DNA of 64,000 bases from Planctomycetota bacterium (GCA_036479435.1 JAZGFI010000288.1:9498-73497); one strand, 5' to 3'; shown: positions 29,731 to 40,458, counted from the first letter of the stretch. Notes: generated by a model from the letters alone, not told the origin. A program made the numbers and translations.

Positions 29731-31778
29731 TGGCAGTCGGGCCAGACTTCGGGGTTGATGCCGGCGGTACCTTCACCGATTTTGTGGGCGCGGATGGTCG
29801 CGGCCTCAAATTACCTTCCAACGCACTGGAGCCCGCGACCGTCTTAACCGAGGGGATTGCAGCCTTAGCTGACGCAAGATTCTCCGGAGCGTCGCAGCTT
29901 GAGATCGTCCACGGCACGACGATCGCGACCAACGCGATCTTGACGGGGCAATTGGCAAGAGTCGGGCTGCTGATCACCGCGGGTTTTCGCGACCTTTTGC
30001 AGTTGGGAAGGCAAGCGCGGCCCGAACTCTACGATCTCAACCCTCAGCCCCCTTTCGCACCGCCTCCCCGGCGCCTTATCGAGGAAGTACCAGAACGTCT
30101 GGATGCGCAGGGTAAAGTCGTTCTGCCGCTCGACGAAGAGGCTCTTTTGCATTCCGCGACAAAGCTGAAATCCCGTGGTGCCGAGGCCCTTGCGATCTGC
30201 TTTTTGCACTCTTGGCGCAACGCCAAGCACGAAAAGCGCGCTGGCGTCATCCTGAGTGGTCTCGGCTTGCCGGTGTCGATTTCTGCGGCCATCGCACCGG
30301 AATTTCGCGAGTTCGAGCGCTTTTCGACCGCCTACACCAACGCCTCCTTGATGCCCTTGCTTGGCCGCTACGTCGCCGAACTCAAGAGTCGGCTGCCACC
30401 GCTTCAAAAGCAGCTCGGTCTGACCGCCGTCCCTCGAGTCTCGATTCTCGCGAGCGATGCCGGGCGCAGCAGTCTTGATGAAGCAGCTCAGCTGCCGGTG
30501 AAACTGGTGTTGTCGGGCCCCGCGGGCGGGGTGATCGGCGCTTGGCGCGGAGCGGCTACGAAAACGCGTCGAAAACTAATGACTTTGGATCTTGGCGGTA
30601 CTTCTGCCGACGTCGCCTTGCTCGACGGCGGTGAGCCCATCGTGCACCGCTGTCTCATCGCCGGGCGGCCCCTGATGGTGCCCGTGGTGGATGTTCACAC
30701 CGTCGGTGCCGGCGGTGGTTCGATCGCGCGCAAAGATCGCGGCGGAGCCCTTGCAGTGGGGCCGGCAAGCGCTGGCGCCGACCCGGGTCCTGCGGCCTAC
30801 GGTCGCGGCGGCCCGGCAACCGTTACCGACGCCCATTTGGTATTGGGACGCATGCTCCCCGGTCACTTCCTCGGCGGCGACTTCGAACTCGATGTTGATG
30901 CGAGTTGGCGCAGTATTGAGCAACTATCCGTGAGCCTGAATCTTGAGCCCTTGGTTTGCGCGGAGGGGGTTTTGCAGGTCGCCGAAGTGACGATGGAGCG
31001 AGCCCTGCGCCGCATCTCTTTGGAACGTGGCCATGACCCGCGGCAATTCAGCCTCGTTGCTTTTGGTGGTGCCGGCGCTTTGCACGCCGCCGCTCTGGCA
31101 CGGGGGTTGGGCATGACGGAAGTCGTCGTCCCGCGCGACGCGGGCATGCTTTCCGCCCGAGGTATGATGCAGGCTCGGGTGCGCCGAGAAAGCAGTCGTT
31201 CGATGCTGGGAAAGACCCTGTCATCCGTCGAGAAAAACCGCGATCGCTTAATCGCGCCACTCAGGCGGGATCTCGATCGTGCGCTCGCGCACGAAGACGT
31301 CGCAAAGACTGACCGCGAGTACGAGGTCTTTGCCGACTTGAGATACCGCGGACAAAGCCACGAGATCACGGTGCCCTTTCGAGGCGTCGGGACCAAGAAG
31401 AAGTTTGCGGCCGCGCATCGGCAGCTTTTTGGATTCGACCAATCGGATATCTCTAGCTCTGAATCTGACTTCATCGAGTGTGTGGCCCTGCGACTTCGAG
31501 TAAGCGGACCTCAGCCGAAATCGCCGCGGTACCGCCGTCCTCCAACTCCCAAGGGCGACAAGGCCCTGCAGACGACAATGTGCGTGTTTGATGGCAAGCG
31601 GCAGCGCACCTCGGTTTTCGATCGCCTTGCGCTGCGCTCCGGCAAAAACTACGCCGGGCCCGCCATTGTTGTCGAGTACTCCGCGACGACCGTCGTGCCT
31701 CCGGACTTCGATTTTCATCTAGAAGCTTCGCAAGCGCTGGTGCTGACGCGCCGGCCAAAAAAAAGGCGTCGGTCATGA
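29730..31778 (+). CDS. hydantoinase/5-oxoprolinase subunit A (ATP-binding)
   Basis: GVDAGGTFTD, VHGTTIATNA, LSGPAGGVIG, DLGGTSAD, VGAGGGSIA, SAGADPGPAAYG and LRYRGQSHE. Confidence 0.93.
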   Translation: MAVGPDFGVDAGGTFTDFVGADGRGLKLPSNALEPATVLTEGIAALADARFSGASQLEIVHGTTIATNAILTGQLARVGLLITAGFRDLLQLGRQARPELYDLNPQPPFAPPPRRLIEEVPERLDAQGKVVLPLDEEALLHSATKLKSRGAEALAICFLHSWRNAKHEKRAGVILSGLGLPVSISAAIAPEFREFERFSTAYTNASLMPLLGRYVAELKSRLPPLQKQLGLTAVPRVSILASDAGRSSLDEAAQLPVKLVLSGPAGGVIGAWRGAATKTRRKLMTLDLGGTSADVALLDGGEPIVHRCLIAGRPLMVPVVDVHTVGAGGGSIARKDRGGALAVGPASAGADPGPAAYGRGGPATVTDAHLVLGRMLPGHFLGGDFELDVDASWRSIEQLSVSLNLEPLVCAEGVLQVAEVTMERALRRISLERGHDPRQFSLVAFGGAGALHAAALARGLGMTEVVVPRDAGMLSARGMMQARVRRESSRSMLGKTLSSVEKNRDRLIAPLRRDLDRALAHEDVAKTDREYEVFADLRYRGQSHEITVPFRGVGTKKKFAAAHRQLFGFDQSDISSSESDFIECVALRLRVSGPQPKSPRYRRPPTPKGDKALQTTMCVFDGKRQRTSVFDRLALRSGKNYAGPAIVVEYSATTVVPPDFDFHLEASQALVLTRRPKKRRRS

Positions 31779-33364
31779 AAACTTCTCGCCGCCAACAAGT
31801 GGTGGTCAACGCCATCGAGGTCGAGATCTTTCGCCAGCTGTTCGAGTCAATTGCGGACGAGATGGGGGTGGTGTTGCAACGCACCGCCTTCTCGCCCAAC
31901 ATCAAAGAGCGACTCGATTTTTCGTGCGCGCTTGCGGACGCCGAGGGCAGCATGCTGGCGCAGGCGGCTCACATTCCGGTGCACCTCGGGTCCTGTCATC
32001 TCACGACGAAAGAGGTCTTTGCGGCTTGCACCTTGCAGCCCGGCGACGTCGTGGTCCTGAATGATCCATTTCGTGGCGGCACCCACCTCCCCGATATCAC
32101 GATGGTGGCGCCGGTTTTCGCCCCCGACGGCAAGCGACTTTGCTTCGGCGTCGTGGCGCGCGCCCATCACGCCGATGTCGGTGGCGGCGTTCCGGGCTCT
32201 ATGGGCAACTTCGACGAGATCTACAAAGAAGGCCTGATCATCCCTCCTGTGAAGCTCGTGGCGGCGGGCTCAAAAGTCGATGATGTCGAGGCCTTGGTGC
32301 TAGCTAACGTCAGGACACCCGATGAACGTCGCGGCGATTTGGCCGCACAGATCGCATCGGTTCAGCGGGGCGTCGAGCGCATAGAGGCGCTGATGTCGGA
32401 CTATGGTATCGAGGTTCTTGCGGCCGCGGGGAAAGCCCTCATGGCCCGCTCGGCGCGTGCCCTCGGCGAAGTCTTGAAAGAGATTCCAGACGGTCTTTAT
32501 CGCGCATCCGATCGCCTGGATGGCGAAGGAAGCGCCAAGATCGCGGTCCAGCTTGTGGTTAAGGGCTCTAAGCTGACTGTCGATTTCAAGGGCAGCTCAC
32601 CCTCCGTCGCCGAGGCCCTCAACGCGCACGAGGCGATCACGCTTTCGTGTTTGTTTTACGCTCTCCGCTGCCTCGCGGATGAATCCATTCCGACGAATTC
32701 GGGGCTCTTGGCGCCGGTCCAGTTGCTGGTGCCGAAGGGGAGCATTGTGGGTGCGGTTCATCCGGCGGCGGTGGCAGGTGGCAACGTCGAGACCTCCCAA
32801 CGCATCGTTGACGTCATCTTTCGCGCGCTCGCCGAGGCTTGTCCGGGCCTGATACCGGCCGACTCGCAGGGCACGATGAACAATCTCTCTTTTGGCGGCA
32901 AAGATCGGTCGGGCCGTGTTTTCACTTACTTTGAAACCATTGCGGGGGGGCTGGGCGCGGGCAAGCATCACGACGGGGCGTCCGGTATGCACTCGCACAT
33001 GACCAACACCCTCAATACTCCCATCGAGGCCCTCGAAGTCGCGTTGCCCTTGCGGGTTCGCGCCTATCACTTGCGCCGCAACAGCGGGGGATCTGGGCGG
33101 CATCCCGGTGGCGATGGGGTCGTCCGTGAGTTCGAGGCGCTCGACTCCTTGGAAGTTTCCTTGCTAACCACGCGTCGCCTGAGTGCGCCGTCGGGGCGAG
33201 CTGGCGGCGGAGATGCGAAGCCGGGGTGTGATCATCTCATCGATGCCTCAGGCCGCCGTCGCAAGTTGAATCCGAAATCTCAGTTCGTCATGAAGCCGGG
33301 GGAGACTCTGCGAATCGAGACTCCCGGCGGCGGTGGCTACGGCAAGCGAGTTTCGCGCGGGTGA
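31775..33364 (+). CDS. hydantoinase/5-oxoprolinase subunit B
   Basis: [48 protein letters not shown] and TPGGGGYG. Confidence 0.93.
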   Translation: MKTSRRQQVVVNAIEVEIFRQLFESIADEMGVVLQRTAFSPNIKERLDFSCALADAEGSMLAQAAHIPVHLGSCHLTTKEVFAACTLQPGDVVVLNDPFRGGTHLPDITMVAPVFAPDGKRLCFGVVARAHHADVGGGVPGSMGNFDEIYKEGLIIPPVKLVAAGSKVDDVEALVLANVRTPDERRGDLAAQIASVQRGVERIEALMSDYGIEVLAAAGKALMARSARALGEVLKEIPDGLYRASDRLDGEGSAKIAVQLVVKGSKLTVDFKGSSPSVAEALNAHEAITLSCLFYALRCLADESIPTNSGLLAPVQLLVPKGSIVGAVHPAAVAGGNVETSQRIVDVIFRALAEACPGLIPADSQGTMNNLSFGGKDRSGRVFTYFETIAGGLGAGKHHDGASGMHSHMTNTLNTPIEALEVALPLRVRAYHLRRNSGGSGRHPGGDGVVREFEALDSLEVSLLTTRRLSAPSGRAGGGDAKPGCDHLIDASGRRRKLNPKSQFVMKPGETLRIETPGGGGYGKRVSRG

Positions 33365-33646
33365 AACCCCGGTGAGGAGCCGCGACGGCGTCAGGTCGCC
33401 GGCTCTACCACCGAATGAAAATGATGTCGGAAAAAACTTCCGACCTAAGTCCTGTCTCAGAAAGAGTCGGGCTTTTTCAGCATATTTCAACTCCCGTCCG
33501 GCGGCCTTCCTGCGTCGATATATCCCTTTGCGAATGCCCCCCAGGCAAGAGGCGTGCAACGACATGCTCAGTGATGAGATTCCATTACTGAGTTCTGCCG
33601 CCGGTGCGAGGTCAATGTGATTTCGTAACGGCAGATTGGGGGCTAT

Positions 33647-35578
33647 ATGAGTACTGTGAACGCGAAAAGGAACTTGTTCTTTTCAATCATTCTCTTGGTG
33701 GGAGTACTGCCGGGGATTGTACGCAGCCAAATTGCTCTTGAGATTGCGACCGAGTTTAGCCTCGGACAAAGTTCCGAGGGAGCCCGGAGTGAGCCGGTCG
33801 TGCTGGGCGACGATGCCTTCGCGATTCTGTGCCCCTCCTTTGACTCGGGTAACCTCGGCGCCCCCTTCTGCAACCTTATCGTGATGCGCCGCCTTCACGG
33901 CGTTCCCCTGTACAAGGCCATCGATTACCTCACCTCGGCGCCCACGGCCGACGATGTTTGGGTGAATCCCATCGGTCTCAATTCGACGTCGATCCTGATT
34001 CCCGGCCCCGGTGCCGATGGTTTCTATGCCACGAGCGACGACGTTCTGTCAGTTTTCCGAGGCTTGGATTTCCCCTTGCTTGCCGTGCAAGAGGACTTCC
34101 TTCTCGGCATCGCTGGTCCGCGCCGGAATTCCGAAATTGTCTGCGTCGATGCCAACACGGTGATGTGGGTGGATTATGGCCCCGACGGCCTCGCCAACAC
34201 CGGTGAGGAGTTTGTGAGGATCATCCGCGATCTCCAAGGTTCCCCTTACGCCGATAGCATTCCGCTGAGCTGGGGAGCTTCCGGTCGACTCGTCGAGATG
34301 GAACCAGGCTACGCCGCCGCCGTCTTGTCGGGCCCCGATGGCGTGTTCGACTCTCTAGATGACACGATGGACATCTTGCATTTGGACTCGGTCGGGGGCA
34401 CCGTCAACGTCATTCATCGCAAGTTTGTGGAGAAGCCCAGCACGCCTCTGCTCGGAGTTCGCTGGCCGATACACATTGGCAACAACAAACTCATTTTCCC
34501 GAACCTCGGTCGAGATGGACGCTTTGGGTCATCGGATGATCAGCTCGTGTTTCTCGACACTCTCGACTACACGAAGACCCGCGGCATCCAAATGGGAAAC
34601 CACCACCCTTGGTCGACGATCTTTGGGCCCGCCAACGTGGATGTCGATGAGAACGGTACCATCATCATGACCGCTGGCGGTTTTGACAACCTCCGTGGTA
34701 CGCCCAATGACGAAATCATCTTTATCAGCTCACCGTTCATTGGCGCCGCCAACGTCGATGCCGTTGCCTTGACCGTCGCCATTCACTCGAATTCGTTGTT
34801 CGAACCAACGAAGTCCGTGACCCTTTCTTCTGGCATCACCATGATCCCTTTCCGTGACACGACTACAGTTGGGTTCGTGAGTGCGGGGGTCATCATCATC
34901 AAGCCTGGTGCCTCGGGGCAACGTACGGCGACTCTCCACGACATGGGCGAAACTGTTGACAACATCGAAGCGCTTGGCGCCACGAGTGCAGCTGTCTTCA
35001 CGTCCAGTGGAGCTGTATTTCATCTCTCGCACCTAGACCAGGCCTCTTACGAGACTCAGCATATTGCGGGAATTGTCGCCGAAGATCCGAAGTTTGTGAC
35101 CGTTGCCAGTAAGTCGGTCATGATCTCGACGGCCCCAGGCGTCATTGTCAACGGCTTCTACAACGACCGCCTGCAGCTTTGGCGTTTGCGCGCGACGCTT
35201 CCCTATGGCGAGCCCACGGCGAACGATCAAGGTTACGAGATGCGCCTGCGCGGCGACGGAACTTTGCCCAAGATCGACGGCCCCTTGTTCTGGATCACCC
35301 TGGAAAGTGCCCCTCCGTCTTCCTTCGGATACCTGTTGGTAGCGCCTTCGCGCGGCAGCTACATGCCGGCCTCTGACGCCGAGATTCTCATCAACACCGA
35401 ATCGATGTTGACGCCAATCGCCTGGTCGACCGACCAAAACGGCAACAGCTCTTTCCCGGTCATTCCCCTTGGTGTTCCGGAACTTGCGGGCATCGCCTTC
35501 AACGTCCAATTCCTAATCGTCAACACCCAAAACCCACGCCAGTTCGAACTGTCCAACGGCCTGACGATGGTCTTTTAA
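33647..35578 (+). CDS. secreted hypothetical protein with GxDGxxxTxDD-type repeats and a C-terminal domain
   Basis: Signal-peptide-like N-terminus, five spaced acidic loop motifs and C-terminal LAGIAFNVQF...LSNGLTMVF. Confidence 0.7.
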   Translation: MSTVNAKRNLFFSIILLVGVLPGIVRSQIALEIATEFSLGQSSEGARSEPVVLGDDAFAILCPSFDSGNLGAPFCNLIVMRRLHGVPLYKAIDYLTSAPTADDVWVNPIGLNSTSILIPGPGADGFYATSDDVLSVFRGLDFPLLAVQEDFLLGIAGPRRNSEIVCVDANTVMWVDYGPDGLANTGEEFVRIIRDLQGSPYADSIPLSWGASGRLVEMEPGYAAAVLSGPDGVFDSLDDTMDILHLDSVGGTVNVIHRKFVEKPSTPLLGVRWPIHIGNNKLIFPNLGRDGRFGSSDDQLVFLDTLDYTKTRGIQMGNHHPWSTIFGPANVDVDENGTIIMTAGGFDNLRGTPNDEIIFISSPFIGAANVDAVALTVAIHSNSLFEPTKSVTLSSGITMIPFRDTTTVGFVSAGVIIIKPGASGQRTATLHDMGETVDNIEALGATSAAVFTSSGAVFHLSHLDQASYETQHIAGIVAEDPKFVTVASKSVMISTAPGVIVNGFYNDRLQLWRLRATLPYGEPTANDQGYEMRLRGDGTLPKIDGPLFWITLESAPPSSFGYLLVAPSRGSYMPASDAEILINTESMLTPIAWSTDQNGNSSFPVIPLGVPELAGIAFNVQFLIVNTQNPRQFELSNGLTMVF

Positions 35579-35653
35579 AATGGCCTAACGACGGCCTCTT
35601 GATAACAAGCGGGGCTAGCGCCATCCGGCTCTAGCCCTGCATCCATCCAAACC

Positions 35654-35685
35654 AAACCCTGAACCTTTGCGTCAGACCAAAGTCA
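35654..35685 (-). repeat. dispersed intergenic repeat, copy 2
   Basis: Reverse complement reads tgactttggtctgacgcaaaggttcagggttt. Confidence 0.85.
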
Positions 35686-35756
35686 ACACCCTATGCGGCC
35701 CTCGTTCCCGAAGCGCCGTCGCCAAGACTCCAAACACCTTCGGTCAGATCACCGAC

Positions 35757-36392
35757 TCAGCTACTAAGAACCCGGTCGACGAGCTCCTCCAAGGCCTTGG
35801 CCTCGCCGAGGGTGGCCGCCATGAGTTCGTCGAGACGGTCCTTTGTCTTGGCGTAGTCGCAGCCCTTGAGTCCGGCCAAGTTGATCTTGACGTTCATGGC
35901 CGCGGCCTTGGCACCACAGGTGACCAAAAGCGCCGCGATTCCGGCGTCGGAGACGGCGTTCTGGTTGCCGGATTCGGCGGCGAAACGGATGGCGGGCAAA
36001 AGATCGCGGCAAGCTTCGAGGGTTCTTAGCGGGACTTCGCTGGCGTCCAAAGTCGCGAGTCGGATCGCCTCTTTGCGGGCGGCTTTCGCGTCGTCATCGC
36101 CTTTGGGCAATTTCCAGGCGGCCATGTAGGCGGCAAAAACTCTTGCGTCGTCGTCCATGAGCTGTCGCAACTTGTAGCGTGCGGTTTCGAGGGGGGCGAG
36201 CCGTTCTTTGAACTCGTTTTCGACGGCGGCGTACTTCTTTTTGCCGATCGTAAGATTGGCGACCATCGAGGTTAGGGCTGCCCCCAGGGCCCCGCAGAGT
36301 CCGGCGACGGCACCGCCTCCGGGCGTAGGGGCTCCCGAGGCGAGGTCGCGGAGGAATTCGTCTAACAGGGGGTTTGCGAGATCGTCGCTCAT
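35757..36392 (-). CDS. formiminotransferase-cyclodeaminase C-terminal-type cyclodeaminase/cyclohydrolase
   Basis: LASGAPTPGGGAVAG, MVANLTIGKKKY, GNQNAVSDAG and NVKINL. Coupled to hutI. Confidence 0.9.
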   Translation of the reverse strand: MSDDLANPLLDEFLRDLASGAPTPGGGAVAGLCGALGAALTSMVANLTIGKKKYAAVENEFKERLAPLETARYKLRQLMDDDARVFAAYMAAWKLPKGDDDAKAARKEAIRLATLDASEVPLRTLEACRDLLPAIRFAAESGNQNAVSDAGIAALLVTCGAKAAAMNVKINLAGLKGCDYAKTKDRLDELMAATLGEAKALEELVDRVLSS

Positions 36393-37684
36393 GTCTGTTG
36401 GTTCCCGTGGTTGGTGGCGATGCGCTGCCCTTGGTGCACGACGTGCTGCCCGTTTTTGACGACGTCGCGAACGATGTTGTTGCCAAACTGGTAGGGCAAA
36501 AACTGAGGGCTTGGGGCGTCAATGGCGATGAGGTCGGCGCGCAGTCCGGGTGCCAGGCGACCGCGGTCGGCGGCCAAACCCAATGATGCCGCGGCGTTCA
36601 CCGTGGTGGCGTTGAAGATTTCGGCCGTTGACAAACCGTAGTTAATGGAGGCCAGAGTCATGATCATGGGCATCGACTGCGTGTGGCAAGAGCCGGGGTT
36701 GTAGTCCGTCGCCAACGCAATCGGAAGCCCGGCGTCGATCATGCGCCGCGCCGGGGCGTGTGAGGGCAGATTCAAAAAGAAAGACGTGCCCGGCAATAGG
36801 ACCGGGATGGTGCCCGCCGCCTTCAAGTCTTCGATACCCTGGTCAGAGATGGCCACTAAGTGGTCAGCCGAGATGGCGTCGACTTCGGCCGCGAGCTCGG
36901 CTCCGCCGGTGGATTCAATTTCGTCGGCGTGAAGGCGCGCCCGAAGCCCCGCGGCTCGCGCCGCCATGAGGATGCGCCGTGACTCGTCGACGTTGAAGAC
37001 ATGCTCTTCACAGAACACATCGCAGAAAACGGCGAGGCCCTCGCTCGCGACGGCGGGAATCATCTCGTTGATGATGAGGTTGATGTAGGACTCGCGATCG
37101 TCCCGCCACTCGTCCGGAATCTCATGGGCTCCCAAGAAGGTGGGAACGAAGCCCAAGGGGTGGGATTCGGCGACCCGTCGAATCGCGCGCAGCGACTTGA
37201 GCTCATCCTCGGTGCTCAGTCCGTAGCCACTTTTGGCTTCGAGGGTGGTCGTTCCGAGCTCCAAGAAACGATCGGCGCGGATGCGAAGCTTGGCAACCAG
37301 TTCGTCCTCGCTGGCTTCGCGCAGCGACCTAACCGAGGAGCGGATGCCCCCGCCAGCCTTGGCGATCTCGACGTAGGAGCGACCCTGGTTTCGCATCTCA
37401 AACTCAGCCTCGCGGCTCGCGTTAAAAACGGGGTGTGTATGCGGGTCCACGAAACCGGGCATGACCAACAAATCGCCCCAGTCCAGTTCGCAAGTGGCTT
37501 GGTAGCGCTGGCGGAGGTCCGCAAGAGGCCCGAGGGCTTCGATGCGGTCGCCTCTAATCGCCACGGCCAGTCCCGAGGACTGCGCCATTTGATTCATCTC
37601 GGCGCCCGATCGAGGTCCAGGCCCCGGCGCGTCGAGGGTGATCCAAGGTCCGCGGCTGAATACCAATAAGTCGATGTTTTCCAT
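36389..37684 (-). CDS. hutI: imidazolonepropionase
   Basis: PGFVDPHTHPVF, GGGIRSSV, EAKSGYGL, TFLGAH, DVFCE, LHADEI, SADHL and ATDYNPGS. Start trimmed to ATG 37684. Confidence 0.95.
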   Translation of the reverse strand: MENIDLLVFSRGPWITLDAPGPGPRSGAEMNQMAQSSGLAVAIRGDRIEALGPLADLRQRYQATCELDWGDLLVMPGFVDPHTHPVFNASREAEFEMRNQGRSYVEIAKAGGGIRSSVRSLREASEDELVAKLRIRADRFLELGTTTLEAKSGYGLSTEDELKSLRAIRRVAESHPLGFVPTFLGAHEIPDEWRDDRESYINLIINEMIPAVASEGLAVFCDVFCEEHVFNVDESRRILMAARAAGLRARLHADEIESTGGAELAAEVDAISADHLVAISDQGIEDLKAAGTIPVLLPGTSFFLNLPSHAPARRMIDAGLPIALATDYNPGSCHTQSMPMIMTLASINYGLSTAEIFNATTVNAAASLGLAADRGRLAPGLRADLIAIDAPSPQFLPYQFGNNIVRDVVKNGQHVVHQGQRIATNHGNQQT

Positions 37685-37837
37685 GGGCGTGGAGGGTAGC
37701 GTCTGAATCCCCGGACTGGCAAGTTGGTGTCGAAAATCCGGATCTGGGTCTTGGTATCTTGCCATCGCGCCGCATCTTTGTTGAGCTTGGGCGTGCAAGA
37801 ATCTAGCTGCCATCCTCGTAATCCTTGGAGCCCCCAC

Positions 37838-38830
37838 ATGTCTGCTCTGCGTATCCTCCTCGCCGCTGTGTTGGCGTTGTCGTTTGTTGCCTGCGGAGAC
37901 GATGAGCCGAAAGACATCAAGACTTACAAAAAGAAGGGCTCGGACACGATGAAGAAGGAGGGCACCGCCCTCAGCGAAGAAGAAAAGCAACGTCGCGAGC
38001 AGGCCGCAGCCGAACGCAAAGAGACCGAGGCGTCCAACAAACGCTTGAGCCGCGCCGCGGGTCATCTGACTAAGGCGAAGGACAGCTTTGAGATCGCGGA
38101 GGCCCTCGCCGAGTTTCAGGCCGAGGGCGCCCGGGCGGCGACCTATATTGATCGCGTCGAAAAATTCGTCGATCACGAGGACGCCGAAGTCCGCGCTCAG
38201 GCGATCAAGACCGTAGCCTCCGTAAAGGGGGTCAAGGCGCGCGAGATGCTCGAGAGAATTCTCAACAACGCCGATGAAGACGAATACGTGCGCACCGCCG
38301 CGATCGTAAGTTGGACCCGTGCGGGCTTGACGGATTCGGGACCTATTGAGGCTTTGCTCGACGATATTGACCCAGGCATTCAACGCGAGGCTCTGAAATA
38401 CCTCATGGTCGACAAGCCAACGGGCACGCGACTTGAATTCATCAGAGGCAAACTCAGCGACCTGGCGGGGCCGGCCGCGAAGCTCGGTTTACAGTGGCTC
38501 ATGAAGCGCCGTGATCAGATCGTCGACTTGCCCAGTTTCGTGGTGGAGATGCTTGATCACCAAGATTCGAGGACGCGAGCCCTTACCGTTGCCTTGGCCG
38601 GAGATGCGAGCCTCAACAAGTACGCGGTAGCCGAGAAATTCATGCGCTCGATGATCGACGACCCGAATTTAGTGGTCCGCAAAGAAGCTCAAAAACTCCT
38701 GACCGCCTGGGCCGGGTCGAAGGCTCTGCCAAGCTACGATGCCGAAGCTGACGAAGAAGCGCGGCGAGCTGCGGTCGAGAAGTGGCTTTCGTGGTTGAGC
38801 GACAATGAGGCCAAGTTTCCCAAGAATTGA
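37838..38830 (+). CDS. HEAT-repeat lipoprotein
   Basis: GGAG RBS, lipobox FVAC and HEAT units (DHEDAEVRAQAIKTV, DDPNLVVRKEAQKLL). Confidence 0.75.
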   Translation: MSALRILLAAVLALSFVACGDDEPKDIKTYKKKGSDTMKKEGTALSEEEKQRREQAAAERKETEASNKRLSRAAGHLTKAKDSFEIAEALAEFQAEGARAATYIDRVEKFVDHEDAEVRAQAIKTVASVKGVKAREMLERILNNADEDEYVRTAAIVSWTRAGLTDSGPIEALLDDIDPGIQREALKYLMVDKPTGTRLEFIRGKLSDLAGPAAKLGLQWLMKRRDQIVDLPSFVVEMLDHQDSRTRALTVALAGDASLNKYAVAEKFMRSMIDDPNLVVRKEAQKLLTAWAGSKALPSYDAEADEEARRAAVEKWLSWLSDNEAKFPKN

Positions 38831-39187
38831 GATTCTGCGAGCCGGGTCAGGATTGTCGCTGCCCGCCGCCCGCTTCGCAAATTGGCCCGAAATAACCATG
38901 CTAAGTCCCGGCAGGGCGGTAGTTTGGCCCAAGACCCTGCGGTAACACGCCGTTTTAGGGGGCAGAATTGACGGGCTTTTTTTCTGCGGGATACGGTCCG
39001 CGAGGCTAGGTAAGTCGATCAAAGATGGGCGGCGGCGGTGCGGAAGATCTAAAAGCGCTCCTATCGCGGAGCTTTGTCCGTATCATGATGCGGGTCAGTT
39101 GAGACCCGGTGATAGGGCGCAATGCGACCCAGTTCCTGTTTCTATTCATGAGCGTACTTTACGGTCCACTAAGGAGACACTGAGTCG

Positions 39188-40456
39188 TTGACCGACAAGC
39201 TACCGTTACTGCTCGCGATTGCGTCGGCGGCCCTCTACGCCGTTGGAGTCGCGGCCGATAGTGCTCTGCTGCACTTCAGTCACAACAAGCTTGAGAAGTT
39301 TCTCAATGACGAGGCGCGGCACCAATCCGTCGCACAGCGATTGAAGGACTTCGATGGCTACGTGCTATCTCTGGCTATCTTCAATCGCCTCTCGATCACC
39401 TTATTCATTGGCGCCTTTTTTTGGTGGCGCCATCAAGTCTTGCCGCAGGTGGCCCCGCAGGGCTCCAGCGTCAGCTACCTGACAACCTTCCTTTTGGCGA
39501 TCGCTTTTTGCGCCGTCTTAATCGGCGGTCTGGTGCATGCCGTCGTGCGTCAGCACGCCGAACGTGTGCTCTTGACCTTGTTCGTCTTTGTGGTTGCCGT
39601 CCATCGTGCGCTTACTCCCTTGCGTCGCCCGATCGAGGCGATCGCTCGTTTGGGCGTCGGCCAGCCCGAGCTCAGCGATGAGGAAGACGCGGTCGAGGAA
39701 ATCCTCGATGCCGTGGCTGAAGGGGAAGCAGAGGGCACGATTGCTGAAGGTGCCGCCGAAATCATCGAAAACATCATGGAGTTCAAAGACAGCACGGTGC
39801 GCGAAGTGATGACGCCGCGCACCTCCATGATTTGCGTTCGGTCGGACAAAAATATTGATGACGCAATGGCACTCGTCGAAGAACACGGCTATTCCAAAAT
39901 ACCGCTCTACGGTGAGAATCGTGACGACATCGTGGGCGTGGTGTTCCTTAAAGACATCATGCGTCGCCGCCGCGAAGGCAACGATCTCAAGCTGGCCGAC
40001 CTCGCCCGCAAGGCTTTTTTCGTGCCGGAGACTAAGCGAGTCCATGAGCTGCTGAAGGAGTTTCAGCTGCAAAAGAGCCAGATTGCGATCGTCATTGACG
40101 AATTCGGTGGCACGTCGGGGCTCGTGACCGTCGAAGATATTGTCGAGGAAATCGTGGGCGAGTTAGAAGACGAGTTCGACACCTCAGGCACGCCGGACAT
40201 CGATCAGCTCGGCGAACGCGAGTTCGAGATCGACGCGAAAGTGTCGATCGACGAGCTGAACGACATGTTGGAGTTAGAGTTGCCGCAGGACGGCGACTAC
40301 GAAACCGTCGGCGGATTCTTGTCGGCCCGGCTCGGCAAGGTTCCCGAACCCGGCGAGGAAACCGAGTATGAAGGCGTTAACTTTGCGGTCACCGAGGCTG
40401 ACGAGCGCCGCGTGAAACGCGTTCGGGTGACGGTCAGTCAATCCGTCGAAGGCTGA
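39188..40456 (+). CDS. hemolysin-family/CorC protein (CNNM + CBS pair + CorC_HlyC)
   Basis: N-terminal TM region, VREVMTPR, GYSKIPLY, FVPETK, IVIDEFGGTSGLVTVEDIVEEIVG and YETVGGF. Confidence 0.92.
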   Translation: MTDKLPLLLAIASAALYAVGVAADSALLHFSHNKLEKFLNDEARHQSVAQRLKDFDGYVLSLAIFNRLSITLFIGAFFWWRHQVLPQVAPQGSSVSYLTTFLLAIAFCAVLIGGLVHAVVRQHAERVLLTLFVFVVAVHRALTPLRRPIEAIARLGVGQPELSDEEDAVEEILDAVAEGEAEGTIAEGAAEIIENIMEFKDSTVREVMTPRTSMICVRSDKNIDDAMALVEEHGYSKIPLYGENRDDIVGVVFLKDIMRRRREGNDLKLADLARKAFFVPETKRVHELLKEFQLQKSQIAIVIDEFGGTSGLVTVEDIVEEIVGELEDEFDTSGTPDIDQLGEREFEIDAKVSIDELNDMLELELPQDGDYETVGGFLSARLGKVPEPGEETEYEGVNFAVTEADERRVKRVRVTVSQSVEG

Positions 40457-40458
40457 CT

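Noticed and set aside
35757..37684. hutI plus cyclodeaminase as a novel pathway
   Set aside because: Consistent with the known folate-dependent histidine utilisation route.
37685..38383. Apparent 233-aa N-terminal extension of hutI in the ORF track
   Set aside because: It is the antisense shadow of the HEAT lipoprotein gene on the + strand; HutI homology begins at ATG 37684.
38831..39187. 357-bp intergenic region examined for tRNA or riboswitch
   Set aside because: No cloverleaf, T-arm or recognisable aptamer core; only short weak hairpins.
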